Shown in pieces: positions 10,138-22,063 of a stretch of 64,000 bases of DNA (position 1 is the first letter of the stretch; each line of letters opens with the position of its first letter). The stretch is from Blastocladiella emersonii ATCC 22665. Taxonomy: Eukaryota; Fungi; Blastocladiomycota. The translations under genes and the position numbers were made by a program. Under the pieces are notes generated by a model. That model saw nothing but the letters and a program-made list of their open reading frames with translations, was not told the origin of the DNA and searched no databases. The stretch is taken from assembly GCA_025594325.1 (NCBI GenBank), contig JANHCV010000004.1, positions 2,232,001 through 2,296,000 of the forward strand, given 5' to 3'.

Positions 10138-10375
10138 GGTGGTTGATGCGTTGCAGCGAGTTTAGCGCGGCAAAAGGGCCGATGGCGTCCTCGAAAGGGA
10201 GAGGGGAGCGCGCGGCGCGACGCGCCCCCGGCGATCGGCGCGCCTCCCTCACGTGCGCGAGCAACGCGAGGTGACGTCCGTCCAGACGTCCGTCCGTGTC
10301 TCGCGCAGCGTCGGCCCGCCTCGGCATCCGCGCGCTTCTTCTCCCTCCCTCCCTCTCCTCTCGCAACGAATCCCC

Positions 10376-11919
10376 ATGCAACAACGCACCAACATGATCT
10401 CCTCGGACCGCCGCATCGCGTTTCTCCCGACCATCACGACGCAGCCCGACTGGGACCTGGTCGTGGCCGAGGTAGCGCAGAAGCGGCACAAGGAGTCGTT
10501 CTGGGTGTCGCTGTACTCGACCGACGCCGCCGTCGAGTCGCTGCACGGGTCCGTCGCCGTCACGCGCAAGTACGAGTCGGTCCCCGTCGCCGCGGACGGC
10601 GGGCCCGAGTTCACGGTGCGGCTGCTGACGTCGTCGGCCGCCGCGCGCACCGCCGACAACGTCTCCGCGTACCAGCGCGGGTGCGTGCGCGCGGCGGTTG
10701 GGCTGCGCAACCCGCACCCGTGGCCCGCCATGGCGTGGATGCTGCACGCGCCCGCGGTCGCCGTCGCAGTGATCCGCCCCGACCAGCTCGACGCGGTGCC
10801 CGACGAGCGCACGCTGCGGTCCAAGCCGACGCCCGTCCACTCGGTCGCGTTTTCGCCGGCGGGCGACCTGATCGCGTACGGCGCGGCCAACGGGCTCGTG
10901 CGCGTCGTGGACGCGGCCGACGGGAAGATGCGGCGCACGTTGGCGGGCCATCTCGGCGACGTGCTGCGCACGCGCTTCTTCCCGTCGGGCCAGGTCCTGC
11001 TCACCGTGTCCAATGACCTCACGGCGCGCATCTGGTCGGTCCTCGACGGGTCGTGCCCGCGGATCCTCAAGGGCCACACGCGCGGTACGGTGCTCTGTTT
11101 TGGGGGAAACGCGCCCGACAACTGACGCGGTCACGATGTAGCGCTGACCGACTGCGGGATGCTCGACCGCGGCAAGTCGGTCGTGACGGCCGCGCGCGAC
11201 GGCACCATCCGCGTGTGGCTGTGCGCGACCGCCGAGTGCACGACGGTCATCGAGGTCGACGAGGACCCCATCAACGAGATGGCGCTGCTAGAGATGGCCA
11301 AGTACCGCCCCGACGAGTTCCCCGCATGTACGCGCTCCCCTCCCTTTCACCCCGCCGCGGCCCCTGTTCACTGACCCTCTCGATCGCAGGGCACACGTAC
11401 AAGAGCGACGAGGAAAAGTACATGGCGATCGCCGCGTGCGAGTCGGGCCGGGTCACGGGCGTGCACCTGTCGACCAAGGCCGAGCAGTTCACGGTCACGT
11501 ACCCGCACCGCGCCAACTCGCTCGCCGTGCTCTCGCCCGACCTGCTCGCCGTCGGGTACGAGGACGGCTCGGTGATCGTGTGGGACATGCCGCTGCGCGC
11601 GCAGCGCCACCACATACTCGTGTTCAAGACCCCCGTCACGCAGGTCCGCCGCGTCTCGGACTCGGCCGTCGCCGTGGCGAGCGCCGACGGCCTGCTCCAG
11701 GTCGTCTCGTGGACCCCTGCGCCCGACGGCAAGGGCTCCGAGTACGCGATCCCGCACGTCCTCACGGGCAGCGACATGGAGCCCGTGTACGCGCTCGACG
11801 TGGCCGGCGACGCGGCTACGGTGGTGGCGGCGGGCCGCGACGGCACCCTGCGCGTGTACCGGTGCGGCGCCGACGGCGCCCTCGCCGAGCCCGCGGTGCC
11901 GCTGCCCGCCGATCCGTGA
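10376..11919 (+). CDS. WD40 proteasome assembly chaperone PAAF1/Rpn14-like
   Basis: QPDWD...FWVSLY N-terminus; GHLGDVLRTRFFPSGQVLLTVSNDLTARIWS; LDRGKSVVTAARDGTIRVW. Two short introns. Confidence 0.8.
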
Positions 11920-12220
11920 GAAGAGGCCGTGTCGAGATGAAAGAAAAAATGCAGCCCATTTTTTGAGTGCGCGTGACGGGTGGGCGTGGGAGCGGTCTCG
12001 GGGCCGCACGCCGGTGAGCGACACGCGGCGGCGGCGGCTCAGCGCAACGCGTCGACGCGTCGCGATCGAAAGTGGGTGAGACCGCCGACGTGAATCGGCG
12101 GCCGGGGTCATCACCATGCCCATCACAGGGCGCGCTCTCTCTTCTCTCGCTCTCTCGAGTGCATCCTCGCCAACGACGTATCACCCACACACCAAGACCA
12201 AGACCAAGACCATCACCACC

Positions 12221-13096
12221 ATGCTGACCGCCGCCACCCGCCGCCTCACCACCACCACCACCGCGCTCGCCGCGACGCGCGCGTTCGCCGCCGCGACCAC
12301 CGCGGTCCCCGTGTCGTCGGCCAAGTGGTACGGGACCATCTCGGCGACCATGGCGGCGCGCGCGGGCGGGACGCCGGGGCAGCCGATCGACGAGCTGATC
12401 AAGCAGGACCACCACGAGATCTTCTCGCTGTGGTCGCAGTTCAAGCAGACGCTGCCGTCGAGCGACACGACGGCGCGCGGCGTGCGGGCCGGGTCGAGCG
12501 AGGCGTCGACGCTGTCGTACGGCGGCAACGCGGAGCCGGCCATCACGACGGGCGCGACCGAGTCGTCGTCGGGCCCGATGCAGGGCGACATGGACGCGGA
12601 CTCGGGCATGCTGGCGCACCGCGCGCGGATCGCCAACAGCCTGCTGCGTGCGATCGCGGTGCACTCGGTAGCCGAGGAGCTGACCGTGTACCGCGAGATC
12701 GGCGAGGTGCGCGGCGCCGACGTGATGCAGCAGCTGCTCGCGGACCAGCAGCAGGTCAAGGAGGAGTGCTACGAGCTCGACCGCATGGCCGTGACGGACC
12801 CCGACTACGTGCCGCGGCTGCGCAAGATCATCAAGGAGCTCGAGGTGCACACGGCGGCCGAGGAGCAGCACGAGCTGCCCGAGCTGCGCGCCCGCCTCAA
12901 CGACGCGCGCCTCGTCGAGATCGGCGACATGTTCCAGGCCGTCAAGAACAAGGTGCCGACCCACGCCCACCCGGCCGCGCCCACCAAGTCCGGCACGCTC
13001 GAGGCCGTCGTCGGCATGCTCGTCACCCCCATGGACAAGCTGCGCGACATGGGCCGCGAGTTTGCCGAGGGCGTCGGCGCCAAGGGCAAGCAGTAG
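12221..13096 (+). CDS. Hemerythrin/HHE cation-binding domain protein with a probable mitochondrial presequence
   Basis: IKQDHHEI, AVHSVAEELTVY, LEVHTAAEEQHELP, PTHAHPAAP. The N-terminus is R/A/T-rich with no acidic residues. Confidence 0.8.
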   Translation: MLTAATRRLTTTTTALAATRAFAAATTAVPVSSAKWYGTISATMAARAGGTPGQPIDELIKQDHHEIFSLWSQFKQTLPSSDTTARGVRAGSSEASTLSYGGNAEPAITTGATESSSGPMQGDMDADSGMLAHRARIANSLLRAIAVHSVAEELTVYREIGEVRGADVMQQLLADQQQVKEECYELDRMAVTDPDYVPRLRKIIKELEVHTAAEEQHELPELRARLNDARLVEIGDMFQAVKNKVPTHAHPAAPTKSGTLEAVVGMLVTPMDKLRDMGREFAEGVGAKGKQ

Positions 13097-13392
13097 GCGC
13101 GCGAGGATGGGTTCGCGTGGCGTGCGTGCCGCGGCGGGTGCGGCCGCCGCCGAAGGAGATTTTGTTGTCGTTGTCGATTGCTGCTGCAGAGTATTGATCC
13201 TGTTCTGACCCTCCCCCCACGCCCTCCTCGAGAACTCGCTGAGCGCGACGGTCATCCAGCGCCGCCCTCACGTGTGGTGGTCGGCGGCAACCCGTCGCCT
13301 CCCTCGCGACCGACCTCGCCCCTCCCGGATTGCTCCCACCGCTCCCTCTCAGCGATCAACGCAAACACACCCACTGCAACGTATCAACAACC

Positions 13393-14508
13393 ATGTCGTG
13401 GCTCACCACAGCCGCCATCATCCTCGTCCCGTGGGGCTACCGCAAGTACGCCGAGCACCGCGCCGCGGCCGCCTCGGCGCCCAACAAGCCCGGCACCGGC
13501 GCCGGCGCCGGTCGTGCGAAGGCGCTGTCGACCTCAGACTACCTCTACTACGCGCTGTGCGTGGCCATCATCCTGCACCAGCTATGGACGCTCCTCCTCC
13601 CGACCTTCGACGCGTTCGAGACGACGGGCGTCGCACTCGACGCGCCGGCCTGGGTGCTGCGCAACGCGCTGGCAGCTCACCTGTCGCGCGCCGGGTACAC
13701 GAGCACGACGCTCTCGTTCGACGACGCGGCGTCCCGCTCAACCGTCGCCGCATCCCATACGCTCGGGTTCGCGGACCGGGTCGTGCTGACGTTCCAGCTG
13801 GTGCGGTCGAGCGCGGCGCTGCGCGGGGTGCACGCGGCGTTCGGCGCCGCCACGCTGCTCGGGTGCGCGTACTGCCGCGACCCCGCCGACTACTGGACGT
13901 ACGCGGTGCCCGCGGTCCTGGCGCCGTACGCGGTGCGGGCCGCGGTGTTGGGGGTGCTGACGGCGCCGCTGGAGCGGGGCCACTGGCGCGCGACGGCGGT
14001 CACGGTGCTCGCGGCGATGGCGGGCGTCGAGGCGCTCGTCCGGTTCGATGTCGTTGACCTCGCGTGGATGCTGGGTGGGACCGCCGCCGAAGCCGTCCTC
14101 CGCGTCGACCTGCCGCACCGCGCGCTCGGTAAGATCCACGCCATGGTGACGGTCGTGCTCGTCGGCGCGATCGCCGCGTTCCCGCGCTCCGATAAATCCG
14201 CGGGCGCGGCGCAGGTGCTCGCCGAGGAGGTGATCCCGGCGCTCAACGCGGCGCAGCGGCTCGCCGTGACGACGGGACTCGCGCACGCGGCCGTGATGGG
14301 CGAGCCCGAGGCCCGCGCCAAGTACGTCGAGGTGCAGGCGGCGCAGGCGCGCGCGAATGACCGCGTGCGCGCTGACGCGAGTGTGGCGGCGGCACGGCGC
14401 GAGGCGGCAGCGAGGATCGGGCTCGGCGACCGGCTCGAGGCTGTCGTCAAGGCGGATGTCCAGAAGCTGCTGGCCGAGGGGCTCGGCGTCAACGACGACC
14501 AGGAGTAA
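13393..14508 (+). CDS. Uncharacterised multi-pass membrane protein
   Basis: Intronless ORF with strong GC3 bias, several hydrophobic helices and a C-terminal helical region. No family recognised. Confidence 0.75.
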   Translation: MSWLTTAAIILVPWGYRKYAEHRAAAASAPNKPGTGAGAGRAKALSTSDYLYYALCVAIILHQLWTLLLPTFDAFETTGVALDAPAWVLRNALAAHLSRAGYTSTTLSFDDAASRSTVAASHTLGFADRVVLTFQLVRSSAALRGVHAAFGAATLLGCAYCRDPADYWTYAVPAVLAPYAVRAAVLGVLTAPLERGHWRATAVTVLAAMAGVEALVRFDVVDLAWMLGGTAAEAVLRVDLPHRALGKIHAMVTVVLVGAIAAFPRSDKSAGAAQVLAEEVIPALNAAQRLAVTTGLAHAAVMGEPEARAKYVEVQAAQARANDRVRADASVAAARREAAARIGLGDRLEAVVKADVQKLLAEGLGVNDDQE

Positions 14509-14537
14509 CTCGTAATGTATACACACGCTCATCTGAT

Positions 14538-15273
14538 CTACAGCTCGGCGTCGACCTTGCGCCCGGCCACGGTCCACTTGCCGTGCAGGACCGTCTTCCC
14601 GTCGTCCTCGATGGCGGCCTCGATGGCGTCGCCCGGCTTGACGCTCCCGACGCCCTTGGGCGTACCCGTCAGGATCACGTCGCCCTCCTGCAGCGTCATG
14701 ATCTGCGACACGTGTGCGATGAGCTTGGGCACGCCGAAGATGAAGTCGCGGGTGGTCCCGTCCTGCTTGGTGGCGCCGTTGACCTTGAGCCAGAGACGGA
14801 CGTTGTGCGGGTCCTTGATCGCGGCGGCGGGCACCATGTCGGTGACGGGGGTAAAGTCGTCGAACCCCTTGGCGACCGACCACGGCATGCCCGCCTTCTT
14901 GGCCTTGTCCTGCAGGTCGCGCGCCGTCATGTCGATGGCCAGCGTGTACCCGGCGACGTGCGCCATGGCGTCGGCCTCGCGCACGCGGCTCGCGGGCTTC
15001 CCGATCACGACGCCGAGTTCGACCTCGTGGTGCACGTCGCACTGCTCCGGGATCGTGATGGCGCGGCCCACGGGGCAGTAGCTCGACGTCGGCTTCAGGA
15101 AGAACATGGGCTTGGTCGGCACCGCGTTGCCGAGCTCCTTGGCGTGGTCGCTTCACGGAGGGTGAGGGTTAGCGCCGTGGTCGCGGGCGAGAGGGCGGGT
15201 GCGGAGGGAGCCCGTACGCAAAGTTGCGGCCGATGGCGACAATCTTGCGGCCAGTGTGGCGGAAGGCAGACAT
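14538..15273 (-). CDS. FAH-domain protein (FAHD1/Fmp41-like acylpyruvase/oxaloacetate decarboxylase)
   Basis: RKIVAIGRNFA-(intron)-DHAKELGNAVPTKPMFFLKP, HHEVELGVVIG, IDMTARDLQ, WSVAKGFDDFTP, GDVILTGTPKGVG. Confidence 0.92.
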
Positions 15274-15495
15274 GGTTGGTGCGTGATACGTTGCAATAAG
15301 CGGACGTTGGTAGATGGTAGAGGAGAGAGAGAGGAGGAGAGAGAGGGGGTTGGGGTTCCCTCCGTCGTGTTGACGGCCAGGCGGACCCGACCGGGCGAGC
15401 GAACGACGCGCCGCCGAGGCCCCGGACCCGTTCTCTCTCTCCCCTCCTCTCTCCTCTCCTCCTCCCTCCCCTTCATCGAAAACCCACGCAACACC

Positions 15496-16624
15496 ATGAA
15501 GTTTGACGGCTACGGCACCGACGACCCGCGCATGGGCCACATTCTGGTCGACGCGCCCGCGGGTGTCCCGCTCGCGTCGGTGCTCCCCGCCGGCGACGAC
15601 GCCAAGCCGCGCATCGCCTTCATCGGGTTCCCCGACGACCAGGGCGTCGCGCGCAACGGCGGCCGCGTCGGCGCCGCGCACGGGCCCGAGGCCGCGCTCA
15701 AGTACATTCGCAAGGTCGGCACCATCGTCAACGCCGAGTACGACGTCGATCTGCGGTACGGCTTCTCTCTCCTCCTCGCTCGGGTGGCGGGTTCGCGGCA
15801 CTCACTCGTTGTGCGGATGTAGCACGATCCATCTCGTCAACGCGGGCCCGATCCAGTCCGCGCCCAACGCGCTGTCGGTCGAGGACGCGCACGTTGCGCT
15901 GCGGGCGCGCGTCGCCGAGGCCGTGTCGGCGGGCTTCATCCCGTTCGTCCTCGGCGGCGGCAACAACCAGTCGTACCCGAACGCGCGCGGGCTCATGGAC
16001 GCGCTGCCGCCCGCGACGCCGCTCGCCGTCATCAACATCGACGCGCACATGGACGTGCGCCCGTTCGTGCAGGGCGGGCTCGCGCACTCGGGCTCGCCGT
16101 TCCAGCAGCTGCTCAACGACGCCGAGTTCGCGGGCCCGACGCGCCGCGGGCATTTCGTCGAGTTTGCGCTCCAGGGGTCGCAGTGTTCCGCGGAACACGT
16201 CGCGTTCCTGCGGTCGCGCGACGGCCGGCGCCACCCGGGCGTCGGGACGACGACCGACCTCGTGTGGCTGCGCGACGTGGTACCGAGCACGCCCGAGGGC
16301 GGGGCCGTCGGGACGTCGGCGTTTGCAGCGCAGTTCCGCTTGCTACTCGACGAGTGCGCGCGTGGCGGCGAGGGTGCCGTGTTCGTGTCGTTGGACCTCG
16401 ACGCGGTCCGCGGCTGCGACGCGCCGGGCGTCTCGTGCGCGTCGCCGCTCGGGCTCACGGCGCAGCAGGCGCTCGATATCTGCTACGTCGCCGGCACGCA
16501 TCCGGCCGTCAAGCTCGTCGACCTCTCCGAGTATAACCCAAAGGAGGAGGAGTACCGCACCGGCCGGCTCGTCGCCATGATGGCGTACTACTTTGCCATG
16601 GGGCTCACGCAGCGTCGCAAGTGA
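15496..16624 (+). CDS. hutG: Formiminoglutamase (arginase family, HutG-type)
   Basis: GFPDDQGVARNGGRVGAAHGP is a HutG-type N-terminal signature. Ureohydrolase motifs GGGNNQSY, INIDAHMDVR, HSGSPF and SLDLDAV. One intron, 15756-15822. Lies directly upstream of a histidase gene. Confidence 0.8.
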
Positions 16625-17229
16625 GGGATCTCGTAGCCGCAGTCGATTCAATATACTATTCGACTCGTTTTGATACAATCTACAGTCCATGTCAGCGACG
16701 TGGCGCGGCCCATCAGCCGGTCCTCCCTGCACGCCAAATCCAGGCACACACAAGCGCGATGACTCGAGGCCCACGAGGCTTCGTTCGTATTGCCGGGCGG
16801 CGTCGTGAAGCGCCGTGGCTGCCGCGCGGTTGATGCCGCATCTGATCTCGCCCCGAGAGGGCGGCCGGCCGGCGGCCTCCGACGCGACGCGGGACGCGCC
16901 GGCCACCGCTCACGTGGGCGGCTGAACGGGACGCGCGCCCATTGGGCGGCCACTTAAGCGCCAAACGCACGTCGCACGTGAGCAAAAGTGTCTCGCGTCG
17001 CGCGGTCCCGCTGCCCGCGGACCCGCGGACCCGCGCCGGGCAGTGCAGCGGACCCTGCCCGTCGGCAGTACCTGCGCAGCCTGTGCGGGCCGCGCGGACC
17101 CCCGTTGGGGACGGGGCCCGACTACAAAAGCCGCGCGGCTCCAGCTGCCCGCACTCGGCTCCTCACCTCTGCGACACGCGATCGCACCTCCGACTCTCTC
17201 TCTGCAACGCACCAACGCATCAACCAACC

Positions 17230-19056
17230 ATGCCCTACTCGAAGACCAACCCCAAGATCTTCCTCCTCGACGGCGAGTCGCTGACTCCCGAGGAGCTCGT
17301 CCTGCTCAGGTCCGTCCCTGCAAGTCGCCGACGTCCAGTAGGATGCACGCGCTGACGCTCCGATCCCATCCCTGTCGCGTCCGCGTAGCCATGGCAACCA
17401 CACCATCGACCTGACCGAGACCGCCTGGGAGGTACTTACTTCCTGACCCATGGCTCCTCCCGAGCCGCGCTCACCTTCCCGTCCCATGTCCCCTCTCCTC
17501 GTAGCGCATCGCCGAGTCGCGCGCGCTCGTCGAGAAGCTCGCGTCGTCGGGCAAGGCCATCTACGGCATCAACACGGGCTTCGGCAACTTTGCCACGGTC
17601 ACCATCCCCGACGACCAGCTCTCGCAGCTGCAGATCAACCTCATCACGTCCCACTCGGCGGGTACGGGCCCCGCGCTGAGCCCCGCTCGCACCCGCATGT
17701 TGCTGGTGCTCCGCATCAACGTGCTGGCCAAGGTGCGCTCTCTCATTTACGCTCGACGTGGCTCGCGTCCGGTCCACTAACGATCTCTTCTTCGCGACAC
17801 AGGGCTTCTCGGGTATCTCGCCCAAGAACGTCGGCTGCATGCTCGCCGCCTTCAACAAGGGCTGCCTCAGCTACGTCCCCGAGCAGGGCACGGTCGGCGC
17901 GTCGGGCGACCTGGCGCCGCTCGCGCACCTGGCGCTCGGCATGATGGGCATGGGCAAGATGTGGGACCCGACGCTCAACCAGTACGACGACGCGGCCGCC
18001 GTCCTCAAGCGGCACGGCCTGACGCCGATCCAGCCGGGCGCCAAAGAGGGGCTCGCCATGATCAACGGCACCCAGTTCATCGCGTCGCACGGCGCCGAGG
18101 CCGTGGTGCGCGCGTCGCTCGTCGCCAAGCAGGCCGATGTGGTCGGCGCACTCACGCTCGAGGCGCTGCAGGGCACGCCGCGCGCGTTCGACCCCAAGGT
18201 CCACGCGGCGCGCCCGCACCCGGGCCAGGTCGCCTCGGCGGCGCGCCTGCGCGCGCTCCTGCACCGCCCCGACCACCCGTCCGAGATCTTCGAGGCGCAC
18301 ATCGACTGCGCGCGCGTCCAGGACAGCTACACGCTGCGGTGCATGCCGCAGGTGCACGGGGCGTCGGCCGATACCGTCGAGATGGTGCGCGAGGTGATCA
18401 CGACCGAGATGAACTCGGCTACGGACAACCCCATGTGCTTTGCAGAGACGTCGAGCATCGTCTCTGCCGGCAACTTCCATGGGGAATACCCCGCCAAGTT
18501 CCTCGACTACCTCACGATCGGTGTGCACGAGCTCGCGTCCATCTCGGAGCGCCGCATCGAGCGGCTCATCAACCCGACGCTGTCGGGTCTCCCCGCGTTC
18601 CTCGTCGCCAAGGGCGGGCTCAACTCCGGGTTCATGATCCCGCACTGCACGGCCGCCGCCCTCGTCTCCGAGAACAAGCAGATGGCCAACCCGGCGTCGA
18701 CCGACTCGATCCCGACCTCGGCCGGCAAGGAGGACCACGTGTCCATGGGCGGGTTCGCCGCGCGCAAGTGCGTCAAGGTCGTCGAGAACGTCGAGAAGGT
18801 GCTCGCCATCGAGCTCCTCGCCGCGTGCCAGGCCATCGAGTTCCACCGCCCCAAGAAGACCACCCCGGCGCTCGAGGCCGTCTACGCCCTCGTCCGCAGC
18901 AAGGTCCCCGCCTACGACGAGGACCGGTTCATGGCCCCCGATATCGAGGCTGCCTGGAAGCTCATCCGCTCCGGCGCCGTCTGGAACGCCGTCGCCAAGC
19001 ATATCGGCGAGCAGCCCGCCGACCACGAGGTGCACGACGGGCTCATGGGCCTGTGA
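17230..19056 (+). CDS. hutH: Histidine ammonia-lyase (histidase)
   Basis: [21 protein letters not shown]-forming [55 protein letters not shown]-like [18 protein letters not shown]. Three short 5' introns. Confidence 0.95.
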
Positions 19057-19250
19057 GCCGTGACGGAGGGCGAGGAGGGCCGCCGTGTTGGCGGCCTCGA
19101 CCGATTTGTTTTATCTAGCGCATCATCATATACACGCAAATGCATCCATGCAACAGCCACTTGGACTTCGGCGTGATGGGCGAGATGGACCATGGGTGCG
19201 AGAGTCCTCGGTTTTGGGTCAGCGGTCACTCGAGGAACGGGCGGGAGACA

Positions 19251-20467
19251 CGGGGAGCTGGTGCTTTATAGCGATGAACGATTGTGCAACGCAAGGGCCA
19301 GGCGGTTCCATCCCAGCCCCTTGAGATCAATTGAGTCAACTCTCCCGATCACGGCTGAGGTGCGACCTGGCGGTAGTAGCGGCGCAGCATCTCGCCCTGA
19401 AACAGCTTATCCTTGTTCACTTGCGCACGCTCCAGGCGAGGAACGTCTTGAAGGTCGGTTAGGTTGAGTCGGACGTGCGATAGCGATGACGGCTGATCTC
19501 TACGCGTGATCGTCGCCAATTCAGCGCGTGCGAGAACATATCGTAGTCGCTGGTCTTCGCGATGGTGATTCAACGGTTTCATTGGACCGGAAGCACAAAC
19601 CACAACTCACAATCGCCGACCGTGTCGACCAAGACCTTGACGGCGCCTCGCTCACGAGCGGTCGCCGCCAGTTGCCTCCGAGGTCGCCGTAACCGACCGG
19701 ATGAGCATCGACTTGGACGGAGAAGCGCTCTCCTGGTCCTTGGACACGCGAGACGTGGATGCCGACGTCGACGAGCTCGTGACGCGCATCGACTTGCTCG
19801 CGCTCTTCTTCTTCATCACCCGGCTGAGCCCGTCGAGGAACCTAGACGTTGAGCCACGGTGAGAGAGGTACGATCGCTGCGCGGGGTGTAACGTACGAGC
19901 TGAAGATGCGAAGACGGACCGCGTCGGCAAAGAAGATAGATAGGTAGCTCGGGTCGAACATGGGATCCACAAGTCGCGCGATCGAAATGGCCATGATCAG
20001 GAAGGCCTCGGCGAGCAGCATGATCTGGATGTGTCGGATCAGCCCGACCATGTCCTCGCGCATGGTCATCCCACCGGCAGGGGCAACGGTGAGCTCGCGC
20101 AAGAACATGACGAATGTAAGCGAGATGGCCAAGTTGACCAATGCATCGATGATGGTCCAGGCTAAGCGTTGCGCGTTGCGAGGGAGGTCAGCGCATGCGT
20201 GCATGTCTTTTCCCGCGTTGTTCGTACCAAGGTACGTGTGGATCGCGCCCTCGTCGTAGGAGCCCTGCGCAGTCCAGGTCAGAGCGAAGAGCCACAGGTT
20301 GACCGCGACTTGCAACAACGCCGAGACGCCAGCACCCGCGACGAGGACCTGGACCGCTCGCTTGTAGCGAGTGTAGCAGGTCCGATACAGACTATGACGA
20401 CCGCCGTCAGACACAACCGAGGCTGGGCAAAGAACAACCACTGGGCACGTACCGCGTCGCATTGAGG
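19251..20467 (-). repeat. Left arm of a 1,217-bp inverted duplication (5'-truncated 7-TM gene copy plus downstream intergenic DNA)
   Basis: Reverse complement of 22412-23628. Paired coordinates sum to 42879 at both ends and at internal ORF ends, so there is no net indel. ORF translations inside the arms are identical. Confidence 0.95.
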
Positions 20468-22063
20468 CGAGAAAAAGTTGGCTGAGCAAACTGTCGCGAC
20501 CGCGGTTGGAACCGTTGATGCTAGCTTTCCACCGACAGGCGTGCGTCAGTACAATTTTGACAATCCTCACGTTCTCCGGGGTTTCGCACGACGATGAGGA
20601 TCGCTCCGTCAGCAACTTTCATCAGGCGAACAAGAGCGAGACAAAGCGCTCCGTTCATGCGCGCATCAAGACGTACACGACATCCATCCATCTGCGCTAG
20701 AGTGTCTCATGTTGCTGTCAACGACATCCCGTGGCACCGCAACTCGCGTCGACCTTTCGCGATCCTTCCACCATAGATCCGCTTCATCCGAGCTCTGTTG
20801 TTCCGTGCCCAAGGAGGCGAGCTCACGCGAGGACTCGAGCTGGCTCATAGCGTGCGACGCGAACGGAATCATCGTTGGTCGCGTTTTTAGCGGAAATTCA
20901 ACGCCTTAGTCGAGATCGAGTCTTCGCGTGCATTCGTTGTGCATGATACATTCTGTTAGTTCACGATCGCCGACTGCTTTATTTTCGGCTCATTCAGAAC
21001 CCAGCATGCTGTTATGAGCGAGTGGCTCGCCTTGACGCGTCTGTCACAAATCCAATCTCAGTTGCCTTGAGCGCGCTGGAACTACGTGCTACGTGCGCGT
21101 ATGCTGCATTGAGGCGATGTTGAGAGTAATCGGATCAGCGCCCACAATCAAGTCGCGCTAGCGCTCGATCAAAGCCACCATCACTCGAGTCAGTTCGTGT
21201 TTGTGCGCGCTTGATCGCAACTCGCTGCACAAGGAGTCGCTCCCGCAACTTGAACAGCGATCCGTTCAGCGACCTTCAGCTATCTTCGCCACGTCCGTAG
21301 TCGACTTGATCCACCTCAAGAGCAGGAAAACGCACAAAAGCACAAAAAAGGCGTGTTGCGACAGCCCCAACGCGTGGTTCTGACGCGTCGCGACTCTTTC
21401 TTTCGAGCCCCTTTGAGTAATGCGAGTCAGAAGCATGATCTCAGTCTGCACTACATCTGAAGCGAGTTCCGTGTCGCTCAGTTCACAAATCATGCAGTTC
21501 CTTGCATCGCGCGCCCACGACGCGTCTGGAGTGCCGTGTGATCGCGGCGAGAGGGCACTTGGGCAAAGCCCCGCACAGTTGACACCCGAACGGACTGAGT
21601 GGTGGAGGTACTGGCAATCGCGAGGGACGACGACAGGCCAAGGTCACGTGGACCAGGTTTTTTCGGAGAGACCACTGGGGTTGAGCCCAGCATTGGTAAA
21701 GAAAGCCTCGAGTGCATTGCGAGCAAGCGCGGCCTCGACGCGTCGTTCATGTCTCGTGACCAAGGTGGCTTAGCCGTCGCCTCATACCAAGTGATTGGGA
21801 ATGACTGATGGGGAACCCGTGTTCGCAGCACGCGCGAGACAACGGGAGAAAGCACCTCGCAGCAGGCTTCGAGGCCTCCGTCTGTCTGTCATTGAGTGGA
21901 GACGGGAGACAACACGCGAGTGCTCAGCGCGAACATGACGCTAGGGCGTCTCCCGACCCCCAAACGAGGTTCAGCCAATGCGGAGTGTGCTGTGATCGTG
22001 ACACGAGCAGTCGCTTCTTCGAGTACTGCATCTTCAAACGAAAGCTAATGAAACTTAGTTATC

